NCBI GenBank assembly: GCA_963707955.1
Contig: OY970176.1
Coordinates: forward strand, 736,001 to 800,000
DNA from: Candidatus Bathyarchaeota archaeon
GTDB lineage: Archaea; Thermoproteota; Bathyarchaeia; Bathyarchaeales; Bathycorpusculaceae
Reading direction: 5' to 3'
Length of the DNA: 64,000 nucleotides
Below the pieces are notes generated by a model, which was given only the letters and a program-made list of their open reading frames with translations, was not told the origin of the DNA and did not search any database. A program made the position numbers and the translations under genes. Below, piece by piece: positions 31,456-41,846 of the stretch. How positions within the stretch are numbered: position 1 is the first letter of the stretch; each line of letters opens with the position of its first letter.

Positions 31456-32577
31456 ATGGCCAGTAAAAGAGATTACTACGAGGTTCTCGGCGTTCCCAGA
31501 ACCGCTTCTAAAGACGAAATTAAAGATGCCTACAGAAAGCTGGCGATGCAATACCACCCAGACAGAAACAAAGCCGCCGACGCAGAGGAGAAGTTCAAGG
31601 AAATATCCGAAGCCTACGCGGTCTTATCAGACGACGAAAAGCGTACGCAGTATGATCAACTAGGCCACGCAGGTTTTGACCAACGCTACACCAGAGAGGA
31701 CATATTCAGGGGAGCAGATTTCGAGTCGATATTCAGGGACATGGGCTTCGGCTTCGGTCTGGGAGACGTTTTCCGAGTCTTCTTCGGCGGAGGAGACTTC
31801 GAGGAAAGGGTCACAAGAGGCAGAGACCTAGCATACGACCTTGACGTCACACTGGAAGAGGCAGCAAGAGGCGCCGAGAAGGAAATAGAGATCTCAAGAG
31901 CAGAAAGATGCGATGTCTGCGGTGGCAGTGGAGCGGCACCTAACACCCCGCCAAGAACCTGCCCCAGATGTAACGGGGCTGGAAGAGTACAAAGTACAAC
32001 GAGAAACGCCTTCGGCACGTTTGTACGAGTCATACCATGCCCCACATGCGGCGGAAGAGGAAGAATCATAGACAAATCGTGCCCGAAGTGTAGAGGAAAC
32101 GGTTTGATAGAGAGAGAACGAAGAATCACCGTGAAGGTGCCTTCAGGCATAGATGAAGGATACCAGCTCAGGCTCTCAGGAGAGGGAGAAATGTCTGCAG
32201 GAGCAAGCTCTCCTGGGGACCTTTACGCTGTGATTCACATAGCCCCCCACCCGTACTTCAAGAGAGACGAAGACGATCTCCTCTACAGTCTAATAATAGG
32301 CTTCCCTCAAGCGGCCTTAGGCACAGATGTTTCGATTCCGACCCTTGAAGGAAACACGAGCTTCACAATTCATCCTGGAACACAGCCAGGTGAAATAGTC
32401 AGACTGAGAGGAAAAGGCATGCCGAGGTTCAGAGGATACGGCAGGGGCGACATGCTGGTACGAATCGAGATAGAAGTCCCTGAGAAGTTGACTCAGCAAC
32501 AGAGAACCCTACTTGAACAGTTGGCCAAAGAATTCGAGCAGAGTGTGAAACCGAAGGGTCACAGGCTAAGGCTCTGA
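31456..32577 (+). CDS. dnaJ: Co-chaperone DnaJ
   Basis: J domain with HPD; four CxxCxGxG repeats. Confidence 0.98.
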   Translation: MASKRDYYEVLGVPRTASKDEIKDAYRKLAMQYHPDRNKAADAEEKFKEISEAYAVLSDDEKRTQYDQLGHAGFDQRYTREDIFRGADFESIFRDMGFGFGLGDVFRVFFGGGDFEERVTRGRDLAYDLDVTLEEAARGAEKEIEISRAERCDVCGGSGAAPNTPPRTCPRCNGAGRVQSTTRNAFGTFVRVIPCPTCGGRGRIIDKSCPKCRGNGLIERERRITVKVPSGIDEGYQLRLSGEGEMSAGASSPGDLYAVIHIAPHPYFKRDEDDLLYSLIIGFPQAALGTDVSIPTLEGNTSFTIHPGTQPGEIVRLRGKGMPRFRGYGRGDMLVRIEIEVPEKLTQQQRTLLEQLAKEFEQSVKPKGHRLRL

Positions 32578-32608
32578 CGGTTTTAGCAACGGATTTTCCT
32601 TTGCTTGT

Positions 32609-33181
32609 TCAGTAGTTTTCGCACCAAACCTCATAGAAGCTTCTCGGATGGTCGCAGACTGGGCACTTCTCTGGCGCTTCGGGTCCTTCGTGAACGTAGC
32701 CGCAGTTTCTGCACTTCCATTTTATCGGAGTGTCTCTCTTGAAGACCTTTCCTTGCTCGACGTTTGCGAGCAGCTTCAAGTATCGTCGCTCATGGTAAGC
32801 TTCGACTTTAGCTACTTGACGGAAAGTTCTGGCCGCATCCTTGAAACCTTCTTTTTCTGCGACTTCAGCAAACCCAGGGTACAGCGTTCCCCATTCGAGT
32901 TTTTCTCCTTCTGCCGCAGCTTTGAGATTCTGTACAGTTGATCCGATGATGCCTGCAGGATACGTAGCCTTGATCTCAACAGGTCCACCCTTTAGCAGCC
33001 TGAAGAACAGCTGCGCGTGCTCCTTCTCGTTGTCAGACGTTTCTTGGAAGATGCTGGATATCTGTTCGAATCCTTCTTTTCTGGCAACGCTCGAGAAGAA
33101 GGTGTACCTAGTTCTGGCCTGACATTCGCCGGCAAAGGCTGCCAGCAGATTCTTTTCAGTTTGACTTTCTTTGAACTCCAT
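32609..33181 (-). CDS. rbr: Rubrerythrin
   Basis: NLLAAFAGE, EKEHA and EAYHE; C-terminal CRNCG and CPVC; start placed at MEFKES. Confidence 0.95.
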   Translation of the reverse strand: MEFKESQTEKNLLAAFAGECQARTRYTFFSSVARKEGFEQISSIFQETSDNEKEHAQLFFRLLKGGPVEIKATYPAGIIGSTVQNLKAAAEGEKLEWGTLYPGFAEVAEKEGFKDAARTFRQVAKVEAYHERRYLKLLANVEQGKVFKRDTPIKWKCRNCGYVHEGPEAPEKCPVCDHPRSFYEVWCENY

Positions 33182-33400
33182 CTTGTTTGACCTTCCTTTT
33201 GGAAGGCATTTATTGGAGGAAGTGGATAATAAACGTTTGAAGCTGCTCAGGCTATGATTGTTATTTCCTGATTTTCCATCTGATCCGCCTGCGCCCCACC
33301 TCTTTGGATCAATACTTCGCCTAGGTAGTCGTGTGGGACTTTCTGAAGACGGATAGAAGACCACCTGAGCCGATGAACGCGCGCATATTCAGCGATGATT

Positions 33401-34157
33401 CTAATGAGAAGCCCGTTGAATCCTTCTCTGCACTTTTTTCCAAGAATCCGTCACCAAGAAACTCTTCCATATCCTCGACCATCCTCACAAACTTGCTCAT
33501 GGGCACCGAAAACGAGAGCACGTTCTCCTGAACAAAGGGGCGTGCAGAAACATCAAACAATCCTATGACGGCTCTCGGACGACTGGAATCTTTCTCAAGA
33601 TATGGATATTGCACAATCGAAGAACACCCCGAACCGCTCGGAGTAAAAACGACGTTCGGCTCAGCCTCGTCGAAATTGGCAAGTGTAAAGAGCCCTGAAA
33701 AGGTATCAGGCCGAGCAAAGAAGATCACAACGTCTGGCTCATCAGACTGGTCATGCAGATCCCATCTCTTGAACACTATAAACCGAGCAGGAGCCCTGAA
33801 CAATGGCGTGTACTTGATCGCCTCAGCTACAACTTGAGGCGCCTTTTTGTAACGTTCACCTTTAACCTTCCCAAGAATTCCGCATGACAGAAAATACTCA
33901 AAATCGTCCCTGATTTTTTCACGAAAACCTAAGTACCTTTTGCCGCCGCAGCAGCCAATCGACTCTGAGACGAAACACAAAGCTTTTCCTTTCCTCACTA
34001 AGGACAGGGCTGCGATTATGCACATAGGAACCGAACCATGCTTGACCAGTTCCGCGTGTCCTTCTTCATCTGTGTAATAGAAAACGATAGGAAGCTCCGC
34101 ATCATCGGAATATCTTTTCCAGAGGTCAATAAAGTCTTCTTTGAACTTTATGTCCAT
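33401..34157 (-). CDS. DUF169 family protein with a frameshift near the 3' end
   Basis: GCCGGKRYLG, GERYKK, SGL.TLANF, SGCS and FDVSARP; expected tail FLVTDSWKKVQRRI is in another frame after ~33462. Confidence 0.75.
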
Positions 34158-34338
34158 AAACAGATCCTGCGCCTCCAGTGATGAGTTTCATGTCAGCAAT
34201 ACAACTTTCTGTAATGCATGGGCGCCTCGAATTTAAGCAAAATAGGCGGCAGCAACGGGATCGTTTTTTTGGGGTTACGCATGAATTCCTAAGCATACAG
34301 GGTTGCAGAAGTAAGCCTGCGCGCGCTCGCCGAGCCAG

Positions 34339-34383
34339 AATATGCAGTTCGGTACTATAGCTATCAATCCATATCCATTTAAT
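34339..34383 (+). promoter_or_regulatory. Conserved promoter element, copy 1 (upstream of GT2 gene)
   Basis: AATATGCAGTTCG-GTACTATAGCTA-TCAA-TCCATAT-CCAT-TTAAT; TTAA starts 52 nt before ATG 34431. Confidence 0.75.
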
Positions 34384-34430
34384 TAGTACTCGAGGTCCAT
34401 TTTCTACGCTGAAGGAGAAAGGAGAGAGAG

Positions 34431-35126
34431 ATGCTTCGATCATCCGTGTCAGTAGTCATTCCCGCGTACAACGAACAGAAAACCATAGGACACGTGATCG
34501 AAGAAACCATGTCAGTAATGGACAGCCTAGGAGTCCCCTACGAGATCATCATTGTGAACGACGGGTCCACGGACAGAACAGGACAGATAGCTACGACGTA
34601 CAAAGCAACCGTCTTAACGAACGAAAGAAACCGAGGAAAAGGCCACGCCATCAGAAAGGGCTTCCAACAAGCACAGGGCGACATCGTGGTAACCTTAGAC
34701 GCTGACGGAGCGCACAGCCCCAAGGAGATACCAGACCTACTCAGTCCGCTGTCCAACGGCATGGACATCGTTGGAGGTTCAAGGTTCATGGGCAACAGCG
34801 GCGACTCAACGACCAGACTCAACCGTCTCGGCAACTTCGTCTTCAACATGGCCATCACAACGTTAACAGGAAAACGCGTAACAGACAGCCAAACAGGCTT
34901 CAGAGCCTTCAAAAAAGAAGCTCTCCAGAAGCTCAAATTAGCCTCTTTAGGCTACGAAATAGAAACCGAGATCACGGTCAAAGGGTTGAAGAACGGCTTC
35001 GCATTCGAAGAAAGACCGATAACCTGTAAGCAGAGACAATACAGCGTCTCAAAGCTGAGATTGCTCTCAGACGGAACCAAAATCCTCCAAGCAATCCTAA
35101 AAGCCAACATTGCAAAGATCGACTAG
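34431..35126 (+). CDS. GT2 glycosyltransferase (dolichol-phosphate sugar synthase-like)
   Basis: VVIPAYNE, NDGSTD, N.GKG, DADG, GSRF and DSQTGFRAF. Confidence 0.93.
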   Translation: MLRSSVSVVIPAYNEQKTIGHVIEETMSVMDSLGVPYEIIIVNDGSTDRTGQIATTYKATVLTNERNRGKGHAIRKGFQQAQGDIVVTLDADGAHSPKEIPDLLSPLSNGMDIVGGSRFMGNSGDSTTRLNRLGNFVFNMAITTLTGKRVTDSQTGFRAFKKEALQKLKLASLGYEIETEITVKGLKNGFAFEERPITCKQRQYSVSKLRLLSDGTKILQAILKANIAKID

Positions 35127-35394
35127 TGTTCGCCCAGACCCCGTACGTTTTGTTAAACCGCATTTGAATCATATGTTTGACCGGCGGGAGGGGCTGTCAG
35201 ATCACTCGCACAACGAAAAGCGCGGTACCGCCACACTCAACCCGCAGATCACATTTGGCTCCAAATAGAGGGGCCTACGCCATTGCACGCACACGCGCAC
35301 TGAAAGCGCGGGCGAGAACACCCTTCTCTCATCACCACATGTGCTTAAGTGAGCACGCTTCCGCTATAAGCAAGTTTAGGGGGTGAAGCTGTTT

Positions 35395-35733
35395 ATGCCT
35401 GATATCAGCAACTTCAGGGTGAAAGAAGGCAAATTCAAGGAATTTCAAGAATGGATTAAGGCAAACGAGAAAACAATGGCCGAACACGCACAAAAAGCAG
35501 GATGAAAATATCTGGGCACATTCCTCTACGTCCTAGGGAGCGGAGGCCCAGCTCACGGCTGCATAATGTGGGAGATTTCCAAGTATGCCGACATGGACAC
35601 TATCCGCAGCCTCTTTGATGACCCAGTCTGGGAAAAGATAGGCAAAGAGCTAACAGTCCTTCTAACGTATGACCCACTGCCCGAACAGATACTGCGGCCA
35701 ATTGGAGAAGCAAAAATCTACAAGTTCGAGTAA
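35395..35733 (+). pseudogene. 112-codon gene interrupted by one in-frame TGA (35503-35505)
   Basis: GGGGTGA RBS; FRVKEGKFKEFQEW...AG*KYLGTF...WEISKYADMD...; frame otherwise open; absent from the ORF track. Confidence 0.75.
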
Positions 35734-36219
35734 GTCCCTCGATTCCAAATGCAGGCGAAATTGGTTGCTGTTGTCCTAAGAAAGACTGCGTCAAAGAAGC
35801 GCAAAAGCTCATTGATGGCAAGCAACAAAACCTAACCAGAGCCCAACAGCATTCCATCTTCTCCGTTTTTCAGCGTGAGCGTTGACTTACCTCTTATAGT
35901 CGACTAGTTAATAGCGGACAGATGAAACGTGTTAACCTCGAGTTCTGCCCTATTTTATAGAACTCCAAAAAGGGAATTGCGTAGGAATTCGCCACTTGGG
36001 GTTGGGCTGAAGTCCCAGCGACCCCAACTCAATGGACTTTTAGCATTGGTCCAAGACACTTCTAATTCCTCTTTTGTAAGAGCTTGACGTCTTCAAGTCA
36101 CAAATGTCACGTGTGTGTGCGTAGTTTATTTTCTAAAAAATTCCATGCGATTTATATCATTGAATGTGTCTTAGAAAGGAATAACAAGAACTGAAGACAC
36201 TGCGCCAAGCAAGACTGAG

Positions 36220-36966
36220 ATGTACGGAATGCAGCTCAAACCCATGTTCACCAGCGTGGCGGATACATACGACTTGGCCAACAGAATTTTGACTCTCGGA
36301 TTCGATGAACGTTGGCGCGAAGCTTGCGCCAGAGAATCTGGTTCTGGGCGGTTTGTTGTTGACCTTTGCTGTGGAACAGGCGCTCTTTCTCTCAGGCTTT
36401 TGCCGAATCTTGGCTCGGAATCATATCTGATGGGGCTTGACTTCAACAAACAGATGCTGGACAGAGCAGCCAAGAAGAAATCTAAGTACCGACAGAAGAG
36501 ACAGCACAGGAATGTTCAAGATGCCAGCAACGGGACGGGCGTAGTTGATCTTGTATTCATGGTTACGGATGCTGCCCATCTTCCCTTGAAGGATGAGTGC
36601 ATTGACGGCATTAGTATCTCGTTCTCTTTCCGCAACCTCATATACAAGAATCCGAAAGCCTTAACGTACCTGAGAGAAGCGATCAGAACCCTGAAGAACA
36701 ATGGAAGGTTTGTGTGTGTCGAAACCAGCCAACCGAACAGCAACCTCGTCAGAGCCTTCTTCCGTTTCTACTGTTTAAGAATCGTGCCTCTCGTCGGCGG
36801 ACTCATATCCGGCCGAAAAGCCGCCTACAAGTATCTCGGAAAGTCTGCGGCAAACTTTCCGTTTCCGCAAGAAATTGTGGCGATGTTGAAAAAGGCAGGT
36901 TTTAGAAAAGCCACGTTCAAACCTCTTTACCTTGGAATAATCGCATTGTACGTCGCCGCAAAATAG
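36220..36966 (+). CDS. menG: UbiE/MenG demethylmenaquinone methyltransferase
   Basis: MF.SVA.TYDLANRILTLG.D.RWR, DLCCGTG, SFSFRN and AYKYL..S...FP. Confidence 0.88.
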   Translation: MYGMQLKPMFTSVADTYDLANRILTLGFDERWREACARESGSGRFVVDLCCGTGALSLRLLPNLGSESYLMGLDFNKQMLDRAAKKKSKYRQKRQHRNVQDASNGTGVVDLVFMVTDAAHLPLKDECIDGISISFSFRNLIYKNPKALTYLREAIRTLKNNGRFVCVETSQPNSNLVRAFFRFYCLRIVPLVGGLISGRKAAYKYLGKSAANFPFPQEIVAMLKKAGFRKATFKPLYLGIIALYVAAK

Positions 36967-37297
36967 ACCAAGCTGAGCATCTACCATGGCGCGATCCAGA
37001 TACGGATAAGAATGTTGGAGCATGCGCCATAGAAAAAAGAGAGGTTTTGTGGGTGACATCTCCATTTGTCCCACGTTCAAATCCCAGTTACCCGTGCCCT
37101 CATAGGCTATAGTGTGAGTTCGCGTATAGATGCGAGCGCGCGCAAGTCGATTTTCAGGGCTTGCAGATTTCGTTCCTGGTGAGACTTGAACCCTTTTGGT
37201 TATCTGCCTACCGAATGTGGTTTTTTTACCGGAAAAGTTGGGTTGGGTTCCATTCAGATGTTTTCAGCGTTCTCTTGTTGAGTTCAAGTCGAAGCTT

Positions 37298-37612
37298 CTA
37301 CAGGACTTCAAGTTGCCCTACAGTGTGATGCCCTACCTCGTAACCCTCTTTTTCGCAGAATTCCAGAATTCTCGCAACAGCTCTCAAATCAATTGCTTTT
37401 ATCCTCTCTTCTTCAGGTCCCACGATTTCGATGATTATCCCGACGCCTGCAACTCCGCAGCATGTGTGTACGTTTTTGTAGACTCTTATGTCATAGTCCT
37501 TTGGAACTCCTATTTCCTTTACAGATTTTTTTATTTCCCTCACTAAGAAGTCGATCTGGTATGGGTGGTTCGCATTGACGAAATAGATTTCCCTGCAGCT
37601 TACTTTGGACAT
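37298..37612 (-). CDS. Hypothetical protein with HTCCG motif
   Basis: Abuts the upstream Lrp-domain gene with no gap. Confidence 0.75.
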   Translation of the reverse strand: MSKVSCREIYFVNANHPYQIDFLVREIKKSVKEIGVPKDYDIRVYKNVHTCCGVAGVGIIIEIVGPEEERIKAIDLRAVARILEFCEKEGYEVGHHTVGQLEVL

Positions 37613-37849
37613 TCATCTCCCCTTGAAAGTGATCAAAGTAATTGTCTCCTTTATCCCTTCAATAGTGCGCAGTTTGGCGAAGACGAACTCGTCTAGGTCT
37701 TCAATCGTGGCAAAAGAAACTTCAACGTGTAAATCATAGAGTCCATACGTGGGAACCGCACTGCAAATCCCAAGCAACTTCTTCACTTCTTTGAGTACTC
37801 TTTCATCCTTTCCGGCTTCGACTTTTGCCAACACGTATGCGGTAACCAA
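37613..37849 (-). CDS. Stand-alone Lrp/AsnC ligand-binding (RAM) domain
   Basis: AYVL.KV..GK, TYG.YDL and LR.I.GI.ET.TLI. Confidence 0.88.
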   Translation of the reverse strand: MVTAYVLAKVEAGKDERVLKEVKKLLGICSAVPTYGLYDLHVEVSFATIEDLDEFVFAKLRTIEGIKETITLITFKGR

Positions 37850-37913
37850 CTCTTACTCCCTTCCCACAACTACCTATGCTCACGTAGGGCTAAGATGGCG
37901 CGCTATGGTTCTA

Positions 37914-38492
37914 CTAACCGAGATGTGTTGGTGTCGTAGTACTTGCAAAGTAAAACCAAGCGCCTGCAAAAAGGAATGCAAAGATTGCAAAGACATACCT
38001 CGCCCACTTGTTCTGAATGTGCACTGCTGGAACCGAAAGTATCAGCGCGGTTGCGGGTGCCAAGTAGAGCAAAGTGCTTTTGGTGGCGTCACTCGTGAGG
38101 CTGTATTTGAATATTGAATAGGCGTCGGAGATCAGGTATAGGCCCAAGACAAAGGCGAAGTAGGAACATGCTTGTAGTCCTCTCCTGAGGAACAACGCCG
38201 CAGCGACCGACAGCAACACTAGACCCCCGAGTGAACTAACGCCTCCGAACAGAATGTTATATCCACCGCTGTAGGGATGGATAAACTGTATGGTTATGCC
38301 AGTGAGGAAGAGGTAGAACCCGGTGGCTCCCAAAGCAACCCCCAATCCAGACGCGATATTCTTCTGTTCTTCTTCAATGGAGTCTGAAGACGCCTTGTAA
38401 TGAAGTCTGAGCGCTGCGATCCCAAGCAGTACTCCGCTTGCAACGATGCTCCACATCATAGCATCCAGATAATCGTAACTCGGTGCGGTCAA
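37914..38492 (-). CDS. DUF981-like membrane protein
   Basis: About six TM helices; P..GGYNILFG motif. Confidence 0.7.
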   Translation of the reverse strand: MTAPSYDYLDAMMWSIVASGVLLGIAALRLHYKASSDSIEEEQKNIASGLGVALGATGFYLFLTGITIQFIHPYSGGYNILFGGVSSLGGLVLLSVAAALFLRRGLQACSYFAFVLGLYLISDAYSIFKYSLTSDATKSTLLYLAPATALILSVPAVHIQNKWARYVFAIFAFLFAGAWFYFASTTTPTHLG

Positions 38493-38572
38493 AATTCATC
38501 TCTCCACATTATTTCTTGCCTTTTCTATCATGTATATCTCATATATATAATTTAGCCAACGCGTTACTCAAG

Positions 38573-39517
38573 CTATCGGGAGAAAGGCCAAAGGTACTGC
38601 AAAATGTAGCCCACTATCAACAAAGCGCCGAAACTCAAGTGCATCTGTATTGTTGCCAAGTTGGCAGCTATCATCGCGTGTGAGTCATCGTAATGTCTCC
38701 GAGCCACGCTGATTGCCTTTATCGCCAAAGGCAAGGTAGCAAGAACGATTACTGAGCTGAGTGGCATTTGCTTCAGAGCAATCATAAAAGCGGTCCAGAT
38801 GTAAGCAACCACGACGATAGCGGCGTAAAAGTCAGCTGCACCTTTTCTGCCAACTCTAACCACAAGAGTCTTTTTGCCAACGGCTTTGTCTGCAGCGTAG
38901 TCGGGAACCTCATTTATCCACAATATTGCCGTTATAAGCAAACCCACCGGTATGGAAGCGACAAGAGCATCAAAAGTGAATCTTTGGGTTTGAACGTAGT
39001 TACTGCCCAAGACCATCAGCGGCCCGAAGTTCAGCCCCACGATTAGCTCGCCCACTCCTCGTGTTGCCAATTGTGACACGTAGAAATATCCAGAAATAAC
39101 GCCTACTACGCCCAGCAAAAGCACTCCCCACCCTGCCACAACAGACAGAGCAATTCCTATGATACTGGCTATTCCGAAAAAAGAAAGAGCGACGAAATAA
39201 GCGCTCTTCGGCTTAATCAAGTTCTCCAACAAGACCTGGCTACCGCCGCTTATCGGTGAGATGCCCTCAACGTTTATTGCGTCACAGCCACTCTTGAAAT
39301 CAAAGTAGTCGTTGATTATGTTTGTCCCTAAGTGAAGGCACATAGCGCCGAGAAGAGTTAGAATGAAAAGAATCGGGTTGAACGCTCTTACCGAAAACCA
39401 CGCTACAACGGCGCCCAGCGCGACCGGCACTATTGTTCCCGTCAAAAAGGGTATTCTTGCCAGCCTTATCCATGCCTTTAGCGAACGTGCGAATCCTGGG
39501 CCCTCAGTAGAATTCAA
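38573..39517 (-). CDS. menA: MenA-like UbiA prenyltransferase
   Basis: NIINDYFDF.SG.D, GVGEL and NEVPDY.AD...GKKTL. Confidence 0.88.
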   Translation of the reverse strand: MNSTEGPGFARSLKAWIRLARIPFLTGTIVPVALGAVVAWFSVRAFNPILFILTLLGAMCLHLGTNIINDYFDFKSGCDAINVEGISPISGGSQVLLENLIKPKSAYFVALSFFGIASIIGIALSVVAGWGVLLLGVVGVISGYFYVSQLATRGVGELIVGLNFGPLMVLGSNYVQTQRFTFDALVASIPVGLLITAILWINEVPDYAADKAVGKKTLVVRVGRKGAADFYAAIVVVAYIWTAFMIALKQMPLSSVIVLATLPLAIKAISVARRHYDDSHAMIAANLATIQMHLSFGALLIVGYILQYLWPFSR

Positions 39518-40506
39518 CGCGACTGAGCCTCAGACTCGTCACTACACATGGAAAATCGCATCAGAAAATTTTTGAACGCCGAGTCTCTGATACCTTTCAG
39601 ACTCTCCTGCGATTTCCTTGAATAGTCGATTATCCTCCGTTGACAGTACGTGAAGGCTCCAATTTCTTCCATCCTATCCCTTATTTCCTGCGCGACTGAT
39701 AGCGTGACATGTTTGTTTCCAAAATTCTCTCTAAGCAACTTTCTCGAGAGGCTGTCTCCATGCTGATGCATGTAAAGAAATGGAAGCGTGACGTTTCCGT
39801 TCTTGAGATCTTGCGAGATTTGTTCTCCGTGGATTAGATCCTCTAAGTCATCCTTGAGTTGATACGCCATTCCGAAACACTGACCATAGTTCCCCAAGGC
39901 TTCAAGTTCTGATGATTCAGCTCCAGCTACCAATGCCCCGCAGAAGGTTGCCCCACGAAAAAGAGAAGCTGATTTTTTTCCTATTTTTACATAACAATCC
40001 TGCTCTGTTGCATTCTCCAAAGAAAGAGTCACATCAATGTACTCACCGTTACAAAGCTCTAGCCCAATGGAGGACAGATTTTTCACAATTCTGGACCCGT
40101 AGCCTGCGGCCAAGTTGACTGATAAGGCTATCAACGCGTCCCCTAACAGTATGGCTCCATTAGTCGACCATTTTGAGTGGACAGCTTCTCTCCCGCGCCG
40201 GAAAGTATCTTGATCTATAATGTCATCATGTACAAGCGTTGCAGTGTGCAGGAGCTCGAAGGACAAAGCGAGTTGTACTACTTTTTCCCGTACTCCTCCG
40301 ACACTTTGTGCACTCAAAATGGCAAGAACTGGTCGTAACCTCTTTCCCCTAAATAGGAGTGCATACTCTAGCAGAGGTAGAAGATCAGAGTCGGATACGT
40401 TTGAGAGAAGATTTTCAAGCTCGGTTTCTACAAGTTGCTTTGTATCGAGCACGTATGCTTGGAAGTCTTCGTTTGTGCAACCTGAAAAGGAGCTGACAGT
40501 TTTCAT
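39514..40506 (-). CDS. Polyprenyl diphosphate synthase
   Basis: GKRLRP, LVHDDIID...RRG, KSA.LF and YQL.DD..D. Confidence 0.92.
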   Translation of the reverse strand: MKTVSSFSGCTNEDFQAYVLDTKQLVETELENLLSNVSDSDLLPLLEYALLFRGKRLRPVLAILSAQSVGGVREKVVQLALSFELLHTATLVHDDIIDQDTFRRGREAVHSKWSTNGAILLGDALIALSVNLAAGYGSRIVKNLSSIGLELCNGEYIDVTLSLENATEQDCYVKIGKKSASLFRGATFCGALVAGAESSELEALGNYGQCFGMAYQLKDDLEDLIHGEQISQDLKNGNVTLPFLYMHQHGDSLSRKLLRENFGNKHVTLSVAQEIRDRMEEIGAFTYCQRRIIDYSRKSQESLKGIRDSAFKNFLMRFSMCSDESEAQSR

Positions 40507-40646
40507 CTGTTAGTCTTTTTCCCCGTTGTTCTGAAACAGAGGGAGATGCGGATACATATATCCTTTTTTCTTAGAAGTTATTGGATTGATAAGAATAACA
40601 AATTCCATAAATAACGCATAAATAATAGGTCAGAGAACACGTTTCG

Positions 40647-41363
40647 ATGTGTGCAACATTGAATGAATCGACACTCTATCGAACTCTGGCAAGCTCGTCC
40701 AGAATTGAGATACTCAAGCTACTCCAGAGAGGGCCTCTAAGCGTTGAAGAGATGTCTCAGAAACTCAACCTCCAAGCCATAACGATTCGTCATCATCTGC
40801 AAGCTTTGACAGAATCCGGGATCGTGGAATACCATGAGGAGCGGTCAGGAACTGCTGGTAGACCGCGGGCTTATTATAGCTTAGTTAAGACATTTCCATC
40901 AACAAGTTTCCCAAAGCGACTGTACCAGTCTCTCTCGGAATATCTGATAAGCGGTATGGTTGAAGAGTTCGGCGTAGACAAGGCAAGGATTTTTCTAAGG
41001 AAGATAGGGATAGCTTCAGGAGAAGCTGCAATACGAGAATTGAAATCGAAACACAACATAAAATCCTGGTCGCTGGATGATTATGAGAGATACGTGATCG
41101 GAGAATTTCTCGAACGAGAGGGAAACGAACCAGAAATAGTCGAAACTACAAACAACAAAATTGTCTACAGACTGCATAACTGCCTCTTCCGAGAACTATC
41201 AGCTAAAATGCCTGAGATGATGTGCGACATTCTTCACGAAAGTTTCCACGAGGGAGTATCAAAGGCAATGGGAAAAGACGTGAAGATAACGCGATCCACA
41301 TGCATGGGACATGGCGACCAATACTGTGAGCATGTCTGCGTCTGGGGTCGACAAAAACGTTAG
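40647..41363 (+). CDS. ArsR-type wHTH plus Cys-rich V4R-like sensor domain regulator
   Basis: SRIEIL, IRHHL..L...G.V and GRPR; HNCLF, MCD.LH and CMGHGD.YC. Confidence 0.88.
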   Translation: MCATLNESTLYRTLASSSRIEILKLLQRGPLSVEEMSQKLNLQAITIRHHLQALTESGIVEYHEERSGTAGRPRAYYSLVKTFPSTSFPKRLYQSLSEYLISGMVEEFGVDKARIFLRKIGIASGEAAIRELKSKHNIKSWSLDDYERYVIGEFLEREGNEPEIVETTNNKIVYRLHNCLFRELSAKMPEMMCDILHESFHEGVSKAMGKDVKITRSTCMGHGDQYCEHVCVWGRQKR

Positions 41364-41511
41364 CACTTCCAACCCTTTAAGCGTCGAACATAGGCATCTG
41401 AGATAGCGAAATCGATCCCAACCCAATTTGAAGAAGTCAAATAGACTGTACGAAAGCCCGGGATGATTCCGAACCGAGCTAATGAACGCATAGTGTGTCT
41501 TCTCTACTCAC

Positions 41512-41698
41512 TTATAGTGATTGGCATGCAACTTGAATTACAGATCCGAGCTTTCAAGCGATTCTCGCTGAGGACGCCATTTCTGCCTAATCCAACTTCT
41601 GTTGGGCTAAGCCCAAAGACCACCATGCGTCGCGTGAAATAGAGGAACGTTAGGGCATTTTTCAGGCCAAAATGAGTTCCAATTGTCTTTTGTTCGCG
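41512..41698 (-). pseudogene. Decayed duplicate of the hdrB 3' end
   Basis: Translates to EQKTIGTHFGLKNALTFLYFTRRMVVFGLSPTEVGLGRNGV then, in a shifted frame, KLGSVIQVA; compare HdrB KQKAVENRFDLKIDMPILYFTQLMGIAFGLNPKELGLGRNIV...KLETPIQVT. Confidence 0.8.
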
Positions 41699-41846
41699 CG
41701 CCTGAAGCTACACGAGTGGATTGACAGACTCTAAGCCTCAAACCTAGGGACGTCATTCAGACACCCAATCGGCGGGCTAAGAACGGGGCATTATGTGGGC
41801 GGATGACATTCCGTTGAGAAACTCTTAGCTATAAAGAAGTCGTCGA

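Noticed and set aside
33182-33364. N-terminal extension of rubrerythrin
   Set aside because: Family homology starts at MEFKES, which has an RBS upstream
35960-36030. Complete tRNA gene
   Set aside because: No D-arm, anticodon arm or correctly placed 5' acceptor strand; only a 3'-like fragment
37100-37130. Fifth copy of the conserved promoter element (ACTATAGC core, minus strand)
   Set aside because: Lacks the TCMATAK and TTAA parts and has no downstream gene at the right spacing
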